Assembly (NCBI RefSeq): GCF_000315625.1 | Contig: NW_005434665.1 | Location: 493,220 to 557,219, forward strand | Reading direction: 5' to 3' | From: Guillardia theta CCMP2712 | Lineage: Eukaryota > Protista > Cryptophyta | Length of the DNA: 64,000 bases | Shown: positions 41,756-55,300 of the stretch, piece by piece | Layout: each line of letters starts with the position of its first letter | Position numbering within the stretch: position 1 is the stretch's first letter | Program-made: the position numbers and the translations under genes | The notes under the pieces: model-generated | Seen by the model: the letters and a program-made list of their open reading frames with translations, nothing else | Databases searched by the model: none | Told to the model about the DNA's origin: nothing

Positions 41756-42557
41756 TCACGGTGGCTTGTTGCCATAGTTTCCATACCCTGGCGGCACTCC
41801 CGGAGGTCTTCCTGCCTGCGGGCTTTGTCCTGGTCCGCTCGCGGGTCCCGGGGGCAAGGGGACTACGCGCTGGCCGGGCATCATGGGAGGCTGAGACGGC
41901 TGGGAGGGAGGCATACCATACCGAGCTTGTTGCGCCATGGGCTGAAGGGGATACGAGTCAAGTGGCAAACAAGGAGAGGAGTAGAGGAAAGTCGGACAAG
42001 TGGAGAGGAGAAGTTATACAAGAGGAGAGGAGGAGAGGAGGAGGAAAGGAGAAGAGGTCCGTAGGAGGAGCTCACCGGGAAAGTCTGAGGATACTGTTGT
42101 TGAGAGTACATAGGAGGCGGAGGAGCATTCATGCTGCGATAAGCCTGTTGAAGGTAAGGAGCCTGCTGAGCAGGGTCATGAGCCTCAGCGCCGCGGACAG
42201 GACGAGATCTACCATGGCTGGTACCCGCGGCGGGTACGCCTGAGGCGGATAAGCTGCTGGGACTACACCAGGAGGCATGGGACGAGGAGGATAAGTCGCG
42301 TACTGGGGTTGATTCCCGTAGTTGTATGGGGAGCCAGGGACAGGGCCAGGTCTTCGGATCTGCATGAGGACAAGGAGGGAATAGTTGGGGGGGGCAGGAC
42401 ACGGGCAGGTGAGAAATGGGGGATGGTGAGGAGGAGGAAGAGGAGGGGGAGAAACGCAGGCTCGAGCATCAGCTCCTTGAGGATCGTACAAAGGGCTCAC
42501 CTGGTATCCTGGTTGAGCATAGTAGGGCTGGTTACTGCCCGAGTATGCTCCAGGCAC
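41756..42557 (-). CDS. Pro/Tyr/Gln/Gly-rich exons (separate small gene or C-terminus of the adjacent minus-strand gene)
   Basis: Exon-like segments MPGAYSGSNQPYYAQPGYQ, RRPGPVPGSPYNYGNQPQYATYPPRPMPPG and PPGVPPGYGNYGNKPP-stop, separated by GT-AG introns. Confidence 0.5.
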
Positions 42558-42679
42558 TGGGGAAGCAGACTGCTGTGACGGGAAGCCTGCTCCCGGTGCT
42601 CCTGCTCCCCCAAGCGGATAGTTGGGCGCGTTTGAACCGAGGACTTCCGCCTAGTGATGTCGAGGTCGTCAGTCCATGA

Positions 42680-44900
42680 AGGAGCTGAGAGGGAGGAGGA
42701 CGGGGAAGGGACGAGATACGAGGTACCTGATACTCCGTCCCGATCGCCGAGACCGCCTCAGGCTCTTCGAAGCTATCCGACAGGTACTTGGTGACGGGGT
42801 AGTACCCATCCACCTGCTTGCTCTTGAGTGCTGCAGAGGGAGGGAGGCAGAGGAAGTGCCCACATGCACATCCGGGTCGGTGTCCAAGAGGGGGGTGTAG
42901 TCTAGATCGGGGAGGTTTGCTTCCACCAGCTGATCGATGTACGAGGAGCTCTCTTCCTCCCTTCACCGTGGCAGTCAAGCGGCGGAGGATGAGGAGCGCA
43001 GTAGGCGCACCTCTGGTCCTGCTGCATTCCCTCTTCCTGGGCCTTGTCTGCTTCCCCTTCCTCCGAGCCCTGCCTTCAGCCATCATCACATCCATCTGGA
43101 CAAGGTCTGTTCAGGACCTCTTCAGATGCCTTAGAAGCCTGCTGTTGGAGCAGAATCGCACAGAAAACAAAGTTTAGAACGAGGGGCCAGAGGTCAAAAG
43201 AGCGCTTCTCACCTCTCCTTTGCTGATCTCCAAGCTTGAAGATTCTTCCTTCTGCTGCTCGGAAGCTCAGGAGAGGAAAGGAGGAGTTGCACCAGACTTA
43301 CATTGGCCTTACGACTCTGAAACAATCTCTTGGAGAATGACGTCATCTCCTGGAGAGCTTCAGGGTCTACATGCCCAAGTTTCGTTCGATTGGCGGCATC
43401 AAGGTCGATAGGACCGGCTGCATCCAGTTCCCTCCTTCGAGGTAAATTCCGCATCCTCTGACTCAACTCGTTCTCCATCTTCTCTTCCTCATTCATCTCC
43501 TCGTCGTCATCGTCGTCATCTATCTCTTCCTCCGAAGCTTGTACGTCACTAATGTTATGAAAAATGTATGTCACTAATGGTATGAAAAAATCAAATTAAA
43601 CAAGTACTCGGAGTCTTCCAAGTATTTCTCGAGATGTAGAGGGATCTGGCGTTTTCGTAAGACACGAAAGGAGGGAGGAGGGAGGAGGGAGGAGGGAGGA
43701 GGGAGGAGGGAGGAGGGAGGAGGGAGGAGGGAGGAGGGAGGAGGGAGGGATGCTGATGCGGAGAGAGGGGCACAGACGCTGGAATTGAGGGACAGGGGAG
43801 GCATCGCAAGCAGCACGGTGAGAGTTGAGACGTGAAGGGATCTGTTCAGGACCTCTCGGACGACACTATCGAAATCCGGAATCAGCTCGCTCATCGCCTG
43901 TTGGGGTTGGGGGACGAGGGGAGTCAGGTGTAGCACAAGGGGCAGCCGATGGTCACGTGCAGGATGTCGATATCCATGAGGGTGAAATTCAAGCTACGAA
44001 ACAACTGAGAGGCAAGCACGAAGCACGTCAGCAGGTCTGTCGTCCTACTTCACCCCACCTCCCCCACCGCCCCTCCTTCTCCCTCTGCCGCCTCCACCAC
44101 CACAACCACCCCCACAGAGGCTCGGGCCCCTCCATCCGTACCTTCTTCACGCTCTGCCGCCTGTACTTTGGATCCATCTCGGCCTGACAGTAGGAAAACT
44201 CAGACACTGGCAGAAAGCGCATGAGGAGAGGGGAACTTCTCCTTCCACCTTCACACTTCCTCATTCCGAAGTTCCTCCTCCTCTTACTGCCTTTTCCATT
44301 TACCTACCTCCTCCTGCTCATCTCTGCCGATCTTCCTCTTCATCTCAACCGCTCCCCCTCCTCCTCTTGACTCGTCCTCTCACCTTCTCCTCCTCCTCTG
44401 CTTCCAGTCGGAGGTACGCCCAGTCCGTGATGCTGTCGACCAGCTGGTAGGTGAAGACATCCGCGAGGAACCCCGCAAACTTGAGCGTGTACCGATCAGC
44501 ACAGCGGCATCCATAGCGGCGCAGGACTTCCTTGACGAACCTGACGGACAGGATGTTTTTGTATGGCCCCATGGAGTGAAACAAATGCATCCACTCGTCG
44601 CTCTCCCTGACGAAGCTCCGCAGCGGCTCGTCCTCCTGGGTCACTGGCACGTAGTAGGGGTTCTGCTCCCTCGTGCAGTTGGTCAGGTTGTATTGCACGT
44701 CCGACGAGTCTGCGCTGGAGGACAGCTCCATCCTCCTCTTCGCCTTCAGGCTTGTCCTCCTGAAGTAGTCTGCTGTGGTGAAGGACAAGTTTGCGTTCTC
44801 TGGGTCCTCGCTGTCGGAGAGCACAAGCCCCTGGCCCGAGATCGTGACGGTTAGCCACAACAGTGTCAACACGACCAGTCCTCGTGCAGGAGTCATCGTC
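42680..44900 (-). CDS. Multi-exon protein with a TAF10-like histone-fold segment and acidic C-terminal region; boundaries uncertain
   Basis: FHSMGPYKNILSVRFVKEVLRRYGCRCADRYTLKFAGFLADVFTYQLVDSITDWAYLR...NFTLMDIDILH resembles the TAF10 pattern (L..Y.P.IPD.V..YYL.R.G....D.R..RL..LA..KF...I...A...TLTM.DL). The similarity was judged by eye only. Confidence 0.45.
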
Positions 44901-46170
44901 TTCAACGTCTAGCAAGCTCAGGGCGAGGGAATCGCACGCGTCCCATCACTGACGTACACGGGATGCAAGAACGCGTCGAAGCAACTTGCCATCGAGAGCA
45001 GGATGCAGCTGGTGGGACAAAAGAACTCAAGGAGAGAGGGAGGGCGAGAGGCGAGAAGAGGGTGAAGAGGAGGAGGAGGCGAAGCACGCCAGCTCCCAAC
45101 GACTAGCGGAGAAAACCATCACCCGCCGCATCGCTCGATGAACCACATCCCCGCTCAGACTCCATGTCGGTGCCCCATCCCCACATCCCCGCTCATTTCG
45201 GTGACCCTACCCCCCAGGCTACCCTCGGGCTAGCCAACATTTGACTTTGAGGGTCGAATTGGTGGCCAGAGGGTCCTCTTCAGGCCAATGCCAGCTCCTC
45301 CTAGGGTGGGGTGGTATTTTGACCATTCACAGACCCCTCCTCTTTCCTCGATCCATGGACGGGTACACGGGAAAATGTACCAATTGCAGGGGTCAGGTTT
45401 CCACTGCCCCTGCCAGGCCAAGGGGGTCCGAATAGTCGGATTTTATGATTGGGGGTGGGGTCATTTGTTCAGAGGTAAGGGTGGTCATGTACCCCTACCT
45501 ACTTCATTACAGGAAAAATCAGGGATGAAAGGGAGTTGTAGGTACCTACCCCATCTCTCAGGTTCCAGTATGGTAAATGTCAACCCTCCCCACATCCCTA
45601 CCCCTCCCTAGCATCTCGTAAACTACCCACCCTCCCAAGACTTTAGCTAATAAAACCCTTTGACCGAGCGTACCACCCCTCCCTCTATTTCATTAAACCC
45701 CTGGGTCTTCTAACCCACCCCCTCAGGTTTACATTCTGAAGGTACCAATTGCTCCCATTGCCGAAACTACCCAGGCAGAGACTACCCCCACCACACATCA
45801 TGGAAGCATAACCCCATCAAATACAGATAAATAACCGGGTGTACAAAAAGAAATTTATCTACCTACCCTATTATTTAACAGCAAGATTCCGAGTAGACCC
45901 CTACCACTTTTTCGCACCCCCCATATTCCAACTTTGACTACCCACATGCACCTGATGCTCGACCCCTACATCTAACGACCCCATCACTGTATTAAGTAAA
46001 CTTCCTCCTTCCTCCCCGTCTGGCACTACCCCTACCCCTACCCCTACCCAATCAACTCCGATCACATTCCATCACTACACCCGTCGTTTGTAGGGTGTCT
46101 ACCCACCCATCCTCGATCATCTCCACCCCTACCCCCACGAATCCGATTTCCTTGGAGATCCGCCAGCGCC

Positions 46171-49100
46171 ATGGCAGATTTCAGCGCTGTCGCACTCACT
46201 CACACTCGTATGCCGACATCGCATGCACATCTGAGCGCTTATCAATCCTCCACATCCTCTGAAATGTCTCATGCTGCTGCAGTCCTGTTAGGTTTCAATA
46301 CCATGTCACCTTATGACATGGTTTTTTGAGTTGCCCTTTGGCTGACCAGTGGTGCGGGTGATGAATGTTGTTGTGGATTATGGTGTCGGGCCGCCTCTTG
46401 CTGCGTTTCATTCGAAAATTCATGTCCTGAGAGATACTTTTCTCTAGTCTTGTATGGATCGAAGGCCCTGTGAACAAGTAGCAAGAACTGAACGCAAGCG
46501 CCATTTTTACCGTGTATTGAAGCTTGTATAGCTAGTATTGCTGGGGCTCGCTCCAATCGTTTGTTTGTTGATGTATTATGCCACTCCGGACATATTCTAA
46601 CGATTCATGATGAACCGTGATGACCATCCCATTCTTGAACTCATTCTTTTTTTGAGACTCAAAGTGCAACTTCTTCGCATAGTCTGACGGTCACTTTGTT
46701 TTGCTACGCAGAGTCAGATGCTCGTATGCCAGTGAGGACATACAGCCAGCTCTCTTCTGGGGATTATACCTGGAAGTTTGTCCATGCTTAGTCCCCAGGT
46801 AGAAAGAGCAGTCGCAGATACTGAAGACATCATCCGAAGGTCAGTCCGACGGCTGGACGAGTGGGGGATGGTGAATTTCTTAGCAGGTTTGACCAGGCTA
46901 TCTTAGAGGCTGATGAGTCTTCAGAGGCATCTACAGCCATACAGACATCGTCAAGGTGATCTCACGTGCCCATGCATGTTGCTGTTGAGGTCGCCTGACC
47001 CCTTCCTGCACAGCAAGGTGTGCACCAAGAGCCCTGGTGACGTTCCTCTCGACACAGACGACCTAATCAAGAAATTTGATGCTGCCATTGCTGAGACACT
47101 TGCTGATCTAGAAACATCTTTTGATAACTCGGAGACCGCTGGAGTGGCGTCCTTGAAGAAGATCCCAGCAGCGCCTGGGGAGGAGGGTTCACTTTTTCAG
47201 CACGGGTCCAACAGTAACAACAGATCTACTCGTTCACAAGCGCAAGGCACGAACATGAATGTACCCACCTCACGCACAGCACCGGATGTAAGTGATGCTG
47301 AAATACGTAACCTGCCAGAAGCTCCGAGCGATGTAGAGATCAAAATGGCCATGTCCACTCCACCGGCCCTTGAGACAGTGGCATCGGCAGACTTGGAAGC
47401 TGCTGTTCCTACCGAAAATGCCAAAAGAAACAGCATTAACTCGCAGACCATGAAGGCCAATTCTCTGGCTTCCATGGCTCCTATACATGAAGGCGAGATA
47501 CTAGATGACAATGCTGAAGCCATGTCGCCTTTCGATACACAAAAGCTGTCAGAAATACGTACAGAATTTTCAGGTACAACTCCCTTGAAGAGGGTGGGAA
47601 CGTGGATCGAAAAGCATAGAACCGGAAAAAAAGGGAGATCGACAATGGGAAATATTGTCACGAAAGAGAGCCAGAGTTGGAATTTCGTATCTGCTCTGAC
47701 GTCTGGTATCAAGAGTACTATTCGCCGCGAAACAATGGATGGACATCAATGTGGCGATGATTTGCATCCGATCGACTTTCATGAGTGCTTCAAGAGCTCG
47801 ACGGTGACTCCCGAGAAGGGACTGTACAAATTCAAAGATTATGCGCCCAAGGTGTTTCGGAATCTGAGATACTTCTTTGGAGTGGACGATAAAGCATATC
47901 TCCAATCAATAGGGCAAGACGGATTGCATGAAATCAGTACTGCAGAGACTGGAAGCAAGAGCGGCCAAAAGTTTTTGATATCAGCCGATGGTCGCTACTT
48001 CATGAAGACCATCACAAAGAGCGAGTGCAAATTCTTCAGAAAGGTGTCGTGATGTCCCTTCTTTGCTTGGAAGAAGTGAATTTTTTCGTAACAAATTGAC
48101 AGATTTTACCTCAATACTATAATCATATGAAGGTACATCAATTTTATTACTTGATGTATCTCAACAAGTTACAATGTCTCGCAGAATAGCCGAAATACAC
48201 TTCTATGTCGTTTCTTCGGGTTGCATCGAATCAAAGTGAGACAACAAACCTTTTTCTTCTTTTTGATTTGATAGAATATGTGGTCAGCCGGGCAAATTGC
48301 ACCTACTGGTCATGTGCAATATCTTTGATACTGAACGGGTAGTACATGATCGATATGATCTCAAGGTCCTTGCTGGGTCTTTTTGGCGATCCGAGGTTTT
48401 TGATCCTCGTTTCGAACCAGGGATCAACGGTAGGTAGGCAAGTGTCAGAGGCCGAGAAGAAGAATCCCACGGTCATTCTAAAGGACTTGGACTTCATCAA
48501 AGCAAATGGTTCTCTCGAGGTGGAAGCGAGGAGATGTTCACGTCTCACCCTGTGCTTCACCAGGGAAAATTGTGGTCGGGGCGGACAGAAGGCAACAGAT
48601 GATGACTCAGGTTGGCGACAGTGGGACTCGAAGTCTCGTGACGTACATCTCCAGGTCCAGGCCGACTGCAACTTCTTGCAATCCATAGGCGTGATGGATT
48701 ACTCGCTCCTCCTCGGTGAGGCTCGTTGCTGTCTTGATGAATTCTCTGAAAGACGGCACAGGTATACATTGGCGCGAGAAGGCGGTGGACACGAAAGAGG
48801 TCTGCAGAACTCTCCTCTTTGGAAGAGCTCCTCTTTCTTTTTGCTGAGGCTTCTTGTAAGGGGGGAAGTGATCATCGAGCCTCGCCGAAGTTTAGAACGG
48901 TCTGTCGTCACAAGCAGTTTGGCCTTGTTGCTCACAATCGCACTATTCCAGACCGATCTGCTGCGTCGTACTGGCTCGCTGCTTCAGGTGAGGATGGGTT
49001 GGCGGGGGTTGCAAGAGTAATGCTGGTGCAGGTCAAGCGGGAGAAAACTCATACTTCTATATTCCAAGAGGTTTTGAGAGCTCAACTCCTCCCTTCCACT

Positions 49101-49572
49101 CATTTTAAAGTCGCTTATTGCAGGATGATGGTGGATGGTGCTCCTTTCAAACCAACAAGGATGGACCAGTGTCCGGCAACCAGGCAAAATTCCATTCCCT
49201 GCAATCCCCACTTTCATTTTCATTTCCTCAGTCACTTGATTGTAGAGCCCTTAACTTTCTCAACCTACCTCCCTCCTCCCACCTTGAGTTCTAACAACAT
49301 GTTCTCAGATCTATTTCATGGGAATTATCGACTATCTGCAGGTGAAATGCAATTGACTCAATCGCACATATGCTGATCATTGTCAAAACGCAGTATTACA
49401 ACTCCCGGAAGCGAGCAGAGACTTTCGTCAAGTCGTTTCAGTACAACTACAAAGAGATTTCAGCTGTTGGGCCACAGGTGAGGCAGCATGTGCTGCTTGA
49501 GATCAGTTAAAGATTCTCGCGCAGCTTTATGCTTCTCGATTTTGCGATTTCATTTCAAGCATTGTCGAATGA
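46171..49572 (+). CDS. PIP5K: Phosphatidylinositol-4-phosphate 5-kinase (type I-like), multi-exon; start uncertain
   Basis: FKDYAPKVFRNLR, GSKSGQKFLISADGRYFMKTI, TLLCRFFGLH, YDLK/GST, LKDLDF, MDYSLLLG, YFMGIIDYLQ/YY, activation loop KRAETFVK (Glu, the type I signature) and YASRFCDFI. Confidence 0.93.
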
Positions 49573-49908
49573 CGATGGCGGTTTGATCTCAGATCGTCGC
49601 ATTTGTACATACGCGAGCTCGGGGTTTCGCGTTGAATCCCTTCGTTTGATTTCTTAGCATGGCCAGCCCCGAGTAACTTATCACACTAAATGACGAACTT
49701 GGCATGTCCAAGCTGCGACAGGAAGAGCTAAGAGTTTATTCACGAAATTGACGTGCAGTCGACGAGATTGTTAGGCTTACAGATGGAAGGCAGCAATGAG
49801 TTGCTGCCAACCGCGAAATTAAGAGGGCGTGTGGGAATGGGGTTGAGGTTCTCTACATCATCCAGCCTTTTGATCCCCTGCTGGCAAGCTGCGGTGAACA
49901 AGAAAATC

Positions 49909-50200
49909 TCAGAAACTGGCAAGACTCAGCTTCCTACTTGCCTTCAGTTTCACATCATCACTGTCCTCTCCTGCCTTGAAGACGTTGGACTCTGGTTTCG
50001 CTCCAAGGTTCCTCCATTGAATCCTGTCTTCGGGGTGTGCCTTTTGAACAGACGCTGCTTTCCTCTTGACACGAGCAGCAGCTTTCTCCTTCTTCTGTTC
50101 CAGACCCTCTAGCCGCAAGGTGTACAACTCTCGCTCTTCCTCCTTCATCGCTTCTCTCCCTAATTCCTGCTTTCGCTCTGCCAGTGACTCTGCGCCCTTG
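49909..50200 (-). CDS. Possible exon of a small basic/coiled-coil hypothetical protein
   Basis: Open frame GAESLAERKQELGREAMKEEERELYTLRLEGLEQKKEKAAARVKRK... has protein-like composition. Upstream exons were not resolved. Confidence 0.35.
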
Positions 50201-52363
50201 TTGTGAAAGTGCGAGTATGAAGCTGCAGGAAAGGATTCAAATTGTGTGCAAATCAAGTCTTTCTCATCATTCGGTGTGGCGGAAAAGTAGTTGGGTGTAT
50301 TTCATCATTGCAGAGGTTTTGATAGCAGACCCCAAACGTGAGCGTGCTACAGAGAATGTACAACGACGCAGAACTCAAAAACAAGCGTGGAAACATAGGA
50401 GGGCGAGGGAGGCAAGGGGGGGAGGTGAGTTACGACTAAGTGGGCAGCAGAGAAAAGGGAGGAGGGGGCATGAAGCTACTCTGATGTCATAACAATGTGG
50501 GGAGTAAGGCTATAGCAACATAGAATAACTACACAGAGCTACAATGTAAAGAAGAAGAAAGACACTTGCAGGACCAACACGAACAGACATCAAGCAGGCA
50601 CAGCAAAATAAACCCCATCCTCTTGTTCACCTATTGCTAACATGATCGTCATCATCGCCATCGTCGCTGCCCCCGCTACCGCCCTTGACCCTGCCATGGT
50701 AGTATTTCCGGCTGTGTAACCGACTTCGAATGACGGTTACTTTGAATTGTTTGTGAGTATCCGTCCCAAGTATCCGCAAGTATCCGTGAAGATCCGATAG
50801 CCAACTTTACAATGACAGCCCTTGAACATGGACCCCCTAAAATGGCTGAAATCACCCCCACCTTTTTCCTGTACATAATATGACCTCGCTGGATCCGACG
50901 GATCGTCAGATGGAACGCGGGTGGGTCATTGTCGTTTGTGGAACGGGGTGGGGGTACCGCCCGTTAGCAACGGTTGAGAACTCAGTGGGGTGGTATTTAA
51001 AACTCAGAGTGATACCATTCAATTTTATCTTACTACTGAATTTTCAACTTCGGTACAACTTGTGTAGCAGAGGTGCAGGGATATGTCATAAATGAGGTAC
51101 GGATTAGGCACCAAAATTCTATATTAATCTTTAGCTTATTCAATTTAATAATAAATATAAGCTGGAGTTTATAGCAGAACTGGACAAGTATGTACCTATT
51201 TTGTAAGAAAAGACAAACATATAAAGTTGTAGGGGCAAAAGGTCCCCTAACATTCACCCCTACCCCAATCCTCCGACTGAAAACGAGATACACTTTTAAA
51301 CGTAGGGGGTGGTATAATTCTGTGGGGGAGGGGTGAAACAAAGGGGTAGGTACCAGACAGCGTGAGATGAAAATTGGAGGGTTCCAAGGTTAAAAATTAC
51401 GGAGGATGGAGGATATAAATGGAGTCATGAGTCGAAGGGGGTGGGTGGCATAGAAATAGAGGGTGGTAGTCGGGGTAGGGTTTCCTGGGAGGGTCCTTCG
51501 ATTTGAATTTCTGATTAAATATTATTTTAAGAACTGATTTTGATGTAGGTGGGGTGGGTGTGGTACCAGGGGTCCCATAGATTGGGTTAGGGGCAAGGGG
51601 TGTTGGATAGGGTAGTTAATAAAAATCGAAGGAGAAAAAGTCAAGTTATTGCGGCAAGGGAGGGGTACTGGTGCTGTGTGGGCTTTTCGTTGAAATGGGT
51701 GGGTATAATGGGGGAGGGTGACAAAAATGGAATCGAAGGGGTGCAATTCCGGTGCAAGAAGGGGGTGGTCAATGAAAGAAAGGAACAGATAGGGGTGGGG
51801 TGTGAAGTTTCTTGTTGAAGGAGGGGGGTGGGGTGCTACTTGGGACGAGCGGTTTGATAATGCAGCAGTGGCAGCGGATTGTCGACTAGGAGAGGAGAAA
51901 GGGAGATGTATCGTTGTGAGGAAGGCGAAATGTCATGTTACAACAGATCAAGATAAAAGATGAGAGATGTGAGGAAAAATATATCATGTGGCTGAGTAGG
52001 ATTTGGTTGGGGTGGGAAGTTGAAGTCGGTTGCGATTTTCCTTGACTCTGGCTTTGGAGGCGATGGTATAGTTTGAAGCTCAGAGATTAAGTATGCGTGA
52101 TAGAATTTCCACTTCAATATGATAAAATTTGCACTTCAATATTTGTCTCTGTATCTTGATCATGATGAAGGTAGAACAGTGATGGTGTGATTTGGTGTCG
52201 AGACTGAAACTTTCTACTTCCGATTGCTGTTCGTCTGAATGTTTGATTTCAGAAAATTTATTTCAAGAATTTCCAACGCAAAGCCTCTCAGATTGGCCTA
52301 CGCAAACCATTTTGTATTTGGACAGGTAGCCGCAAACAAGCTTCAAACACCATATGCGGTCAA

Positions 52364-55300
52364 TTGCCTCTACTGGTTTGTAGGTGGTTCAAAGCAGTCG
52401 TTGATTTCATATGTTACGCAGCTTGCATACTGCCTGACTTGTCAAAATTTTGCTTGGCAGTTCTTCGTGGCTATAGGTCCCCAAACCCTCGAGCTCATCC
52501 CACGTACTGGTACGTCCGGTCCTGGTTCTTGTACATGGTGGGTTCAACAAAAGTCTCGCCAACACAGGACATGGAAAATGCTCATTGCAAGTCTTACAGC
52601 AACGCGCCCAGTGACAATACAACGCAGAAGTCAACCTCAAACAAGGTTGTAACATCTAAATACACATTCTATTCTTTCTTACCACGAAACCTCTATGAGC
52701 AATTTTCGAGGTTGGCTAACGTGTACTTTTTACTGATATCTTGCTTGCAACTTTTCACATCCTTATCACCTACTAGCAAATGGTCCACAGGAGGACCTTT
52801 CATACTCATTTTAGTGCTCAACATGATTCGCGAGATTTGGGAAGACAGCAAACGTCACAAGGCAGATGAAGAAGTGAACAACCGTCTTGTTGAGGTTATC
52901 AGGGAAAACGGAAGCACAGAATCGATTCCTTGGAAATCTGTCACTCTTGGAGATATTGTATGGGTAAAATGCAATCATGAATTTCCAGCAGACGTCGTTT
53001 TGCTTTCGTCTACTGGTGATCAAGGCATGTGTTACATTGACACATGCAATCTGGATGGTGAAACAAATTTGAAGATTCGAAATTCTCTAGCGTTTACAGC
53101 AAGCCTAAATGATCCTTTGAAAATCTCACAACTGAAGGGTTACTTTGAGTATGAGGCACCGAATAATCGTCTCTACACTTTTAATGGAAGGTATGTCCGT
53201 CCTGCAGCAGAAGACGTGCCGGTAGACAACGAAAACATTTTGCTTCGTGGTGCAACTCTACGAAATACCCAGTCAATCTTTGGCCAAGTCGTTTACACAG
53301 GAGCTCAGAGCAAAATCATGATGAATTCGCAGAAGGGAAGAGTCAAGATCAGTAATATCGAACACACAGTGAATCGCCTGCTTTTGGGAATTCTGTTATT
53401 TGAATTGATTGTTGTTTCTGCCGCTACGATTGGAATGGCTTCATGGGTTTCATCAAACCGAGAAGCTTGGTATCTTCCATATGTGAAAACTCAGACAACG
53501 GCAAATAACTTTGAAGGTGATCTATTCGCGTTTCATCTTGACTTTCGTTGATTATTGCCTTCAGGTTGGATAACATTCCTCCTCCTCATGAATAATTACG
53601 TTCCCATCTCCTTGTATATCAGCATGGAGCTTGCGAAGACAGTGCAAGGCCAGCAAATGAACTGGGATATTGAGATGTACCATGAGGAGACTGACACTCC
53701 GGCACTGACACGTACGACGAATCTGAACGAGGAACTGGGACAGATACAATATATCTTTTCAGACAAAACAGGGACACTTACACAGAACGTGATGGAATTC
53801 CGAAAATGCTTCATTAACACCACTAGTTACGGATTTGGGACCACAGAAATTGGAATTGCTGCTGCTGCTCGTGGAACGAACATTCAGGTGGATCAAGATC
53901 CAACGGCTACAGAGGCAGAAAGGGACAAGGATCCGAACAAAGCTCAATTTCACAGGGATCCAAAGATAGCTTTTGACGATATCAGACTGTTACAGAGACA
54001 TCGTGAGGGAGGCAGCGAAGGTGAATTTATTAATGACTTCATGAGAGTACTCTCAGTTTGCCATACCGTTGTCCCTGAAGGCGATCTTACCGACCCCAGC
54101 AAAATTTTGTACCAGGCTGAGTCTCCAGACGAAGGTGCGCTCTCTGGTTTTGCCAAGGCTTTGGGCTGGTTCTTTTGCGGGAGGACTTCGACGCACACAA
54201 CCGTTGATGTACACGGCAAGAAAGAACAGTTCGAAATCCTGAATGTGAACAAGTTCAACAGTGCAAGGAAGCGAATGAGTGTGGTCTGCCGAACCCCTGA
54301 GGGCAAGATAATGCTTTACTGCAAAGGAGCAGATAACGTCATGCTCGAACGCATTGCGCCTAACCAATCACAACGGGCGCCCATGGAATCTGCCTTGACA
54401 CACTATGCAAATGAAGGGCTCCGTACTTTGGTGTTGGGCAAGAAGGAAATACCAGAAAGTGCTTGGGTAGAATGGAACAAAGTGCACCATGCAGCGTCGA
54501 CGGCTCTTGTGGACCGTGATGGTGCTCTGGAAAGAGCCGCTGAAGATATTGAGAAAGAAATGATCATAGTGGGAGCTACGGCGATTGAAGACAAGTTGCA
54601 AGTTGGTGTGCCAGATGCCATCGCAACACTTGCTCAAGGCGGGATAAAGATTTGGGTATTGACGGGAGACAAACAAGAGACTGCAGAAAACATTGGATTT
54701 GCTTGCAGGCTGTTGAGAGATGACATGGAAATCAACTATATCAATGGCTCGTCAGACGATGAAATCAAAAGGCAACTAGACCACATACTTCAGAGGAATG
54801 ACAGTTATGTTGGCAAAGAGACAGAGCACCTTGCATTGATCGTGGACGGGAAGTCTCTCCTTGTTCTGATGGAGGAGTCAGAGCTGAGCCAAAAATTGCT
54901 CACTGTTGCAAAAATGTGCAAAGCTGTGATTGCCTGTCGTGTCAGCCCGAATCAAAAGCGTGAGATCGTGACTTTGGTAAGGCGTGGCGTTCAACCAGAG
55001 CCGATGACCTTGTCAATTGGAGATGGTGCCAATGATGTGCCAATGATTATGGAAGCACATGTGGGTGTAGGAATAAGTGGTAACGAGGGATTGCAAGCAG
55101 TCAGATCGGCGGATTATGCCATTGCTCAATTCAGATACTTGAAACGATTGATGCTCATTCATGGAAGAAATAATTATCGTAGGGTGGCTGAGGTTGTTCT
55201 GTACTCATTCTACAAGAACATGACGCTAGTCACTTCTCTTTTTCTGTATAATATCTACAATGGTTGGTCTGGAACAGCGATCTACGCGAGTATCATTTTG

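Noticed and set aside
46605-46692. ATGATGA/GTGATGA...CTGA in the PIP5K 5' region as a C/D snoRNA
   Set aside because: The CTGAC is positioned as an intron branch point, the terminal stem geometry does not fit a kink-turn, and no guide was recognised.
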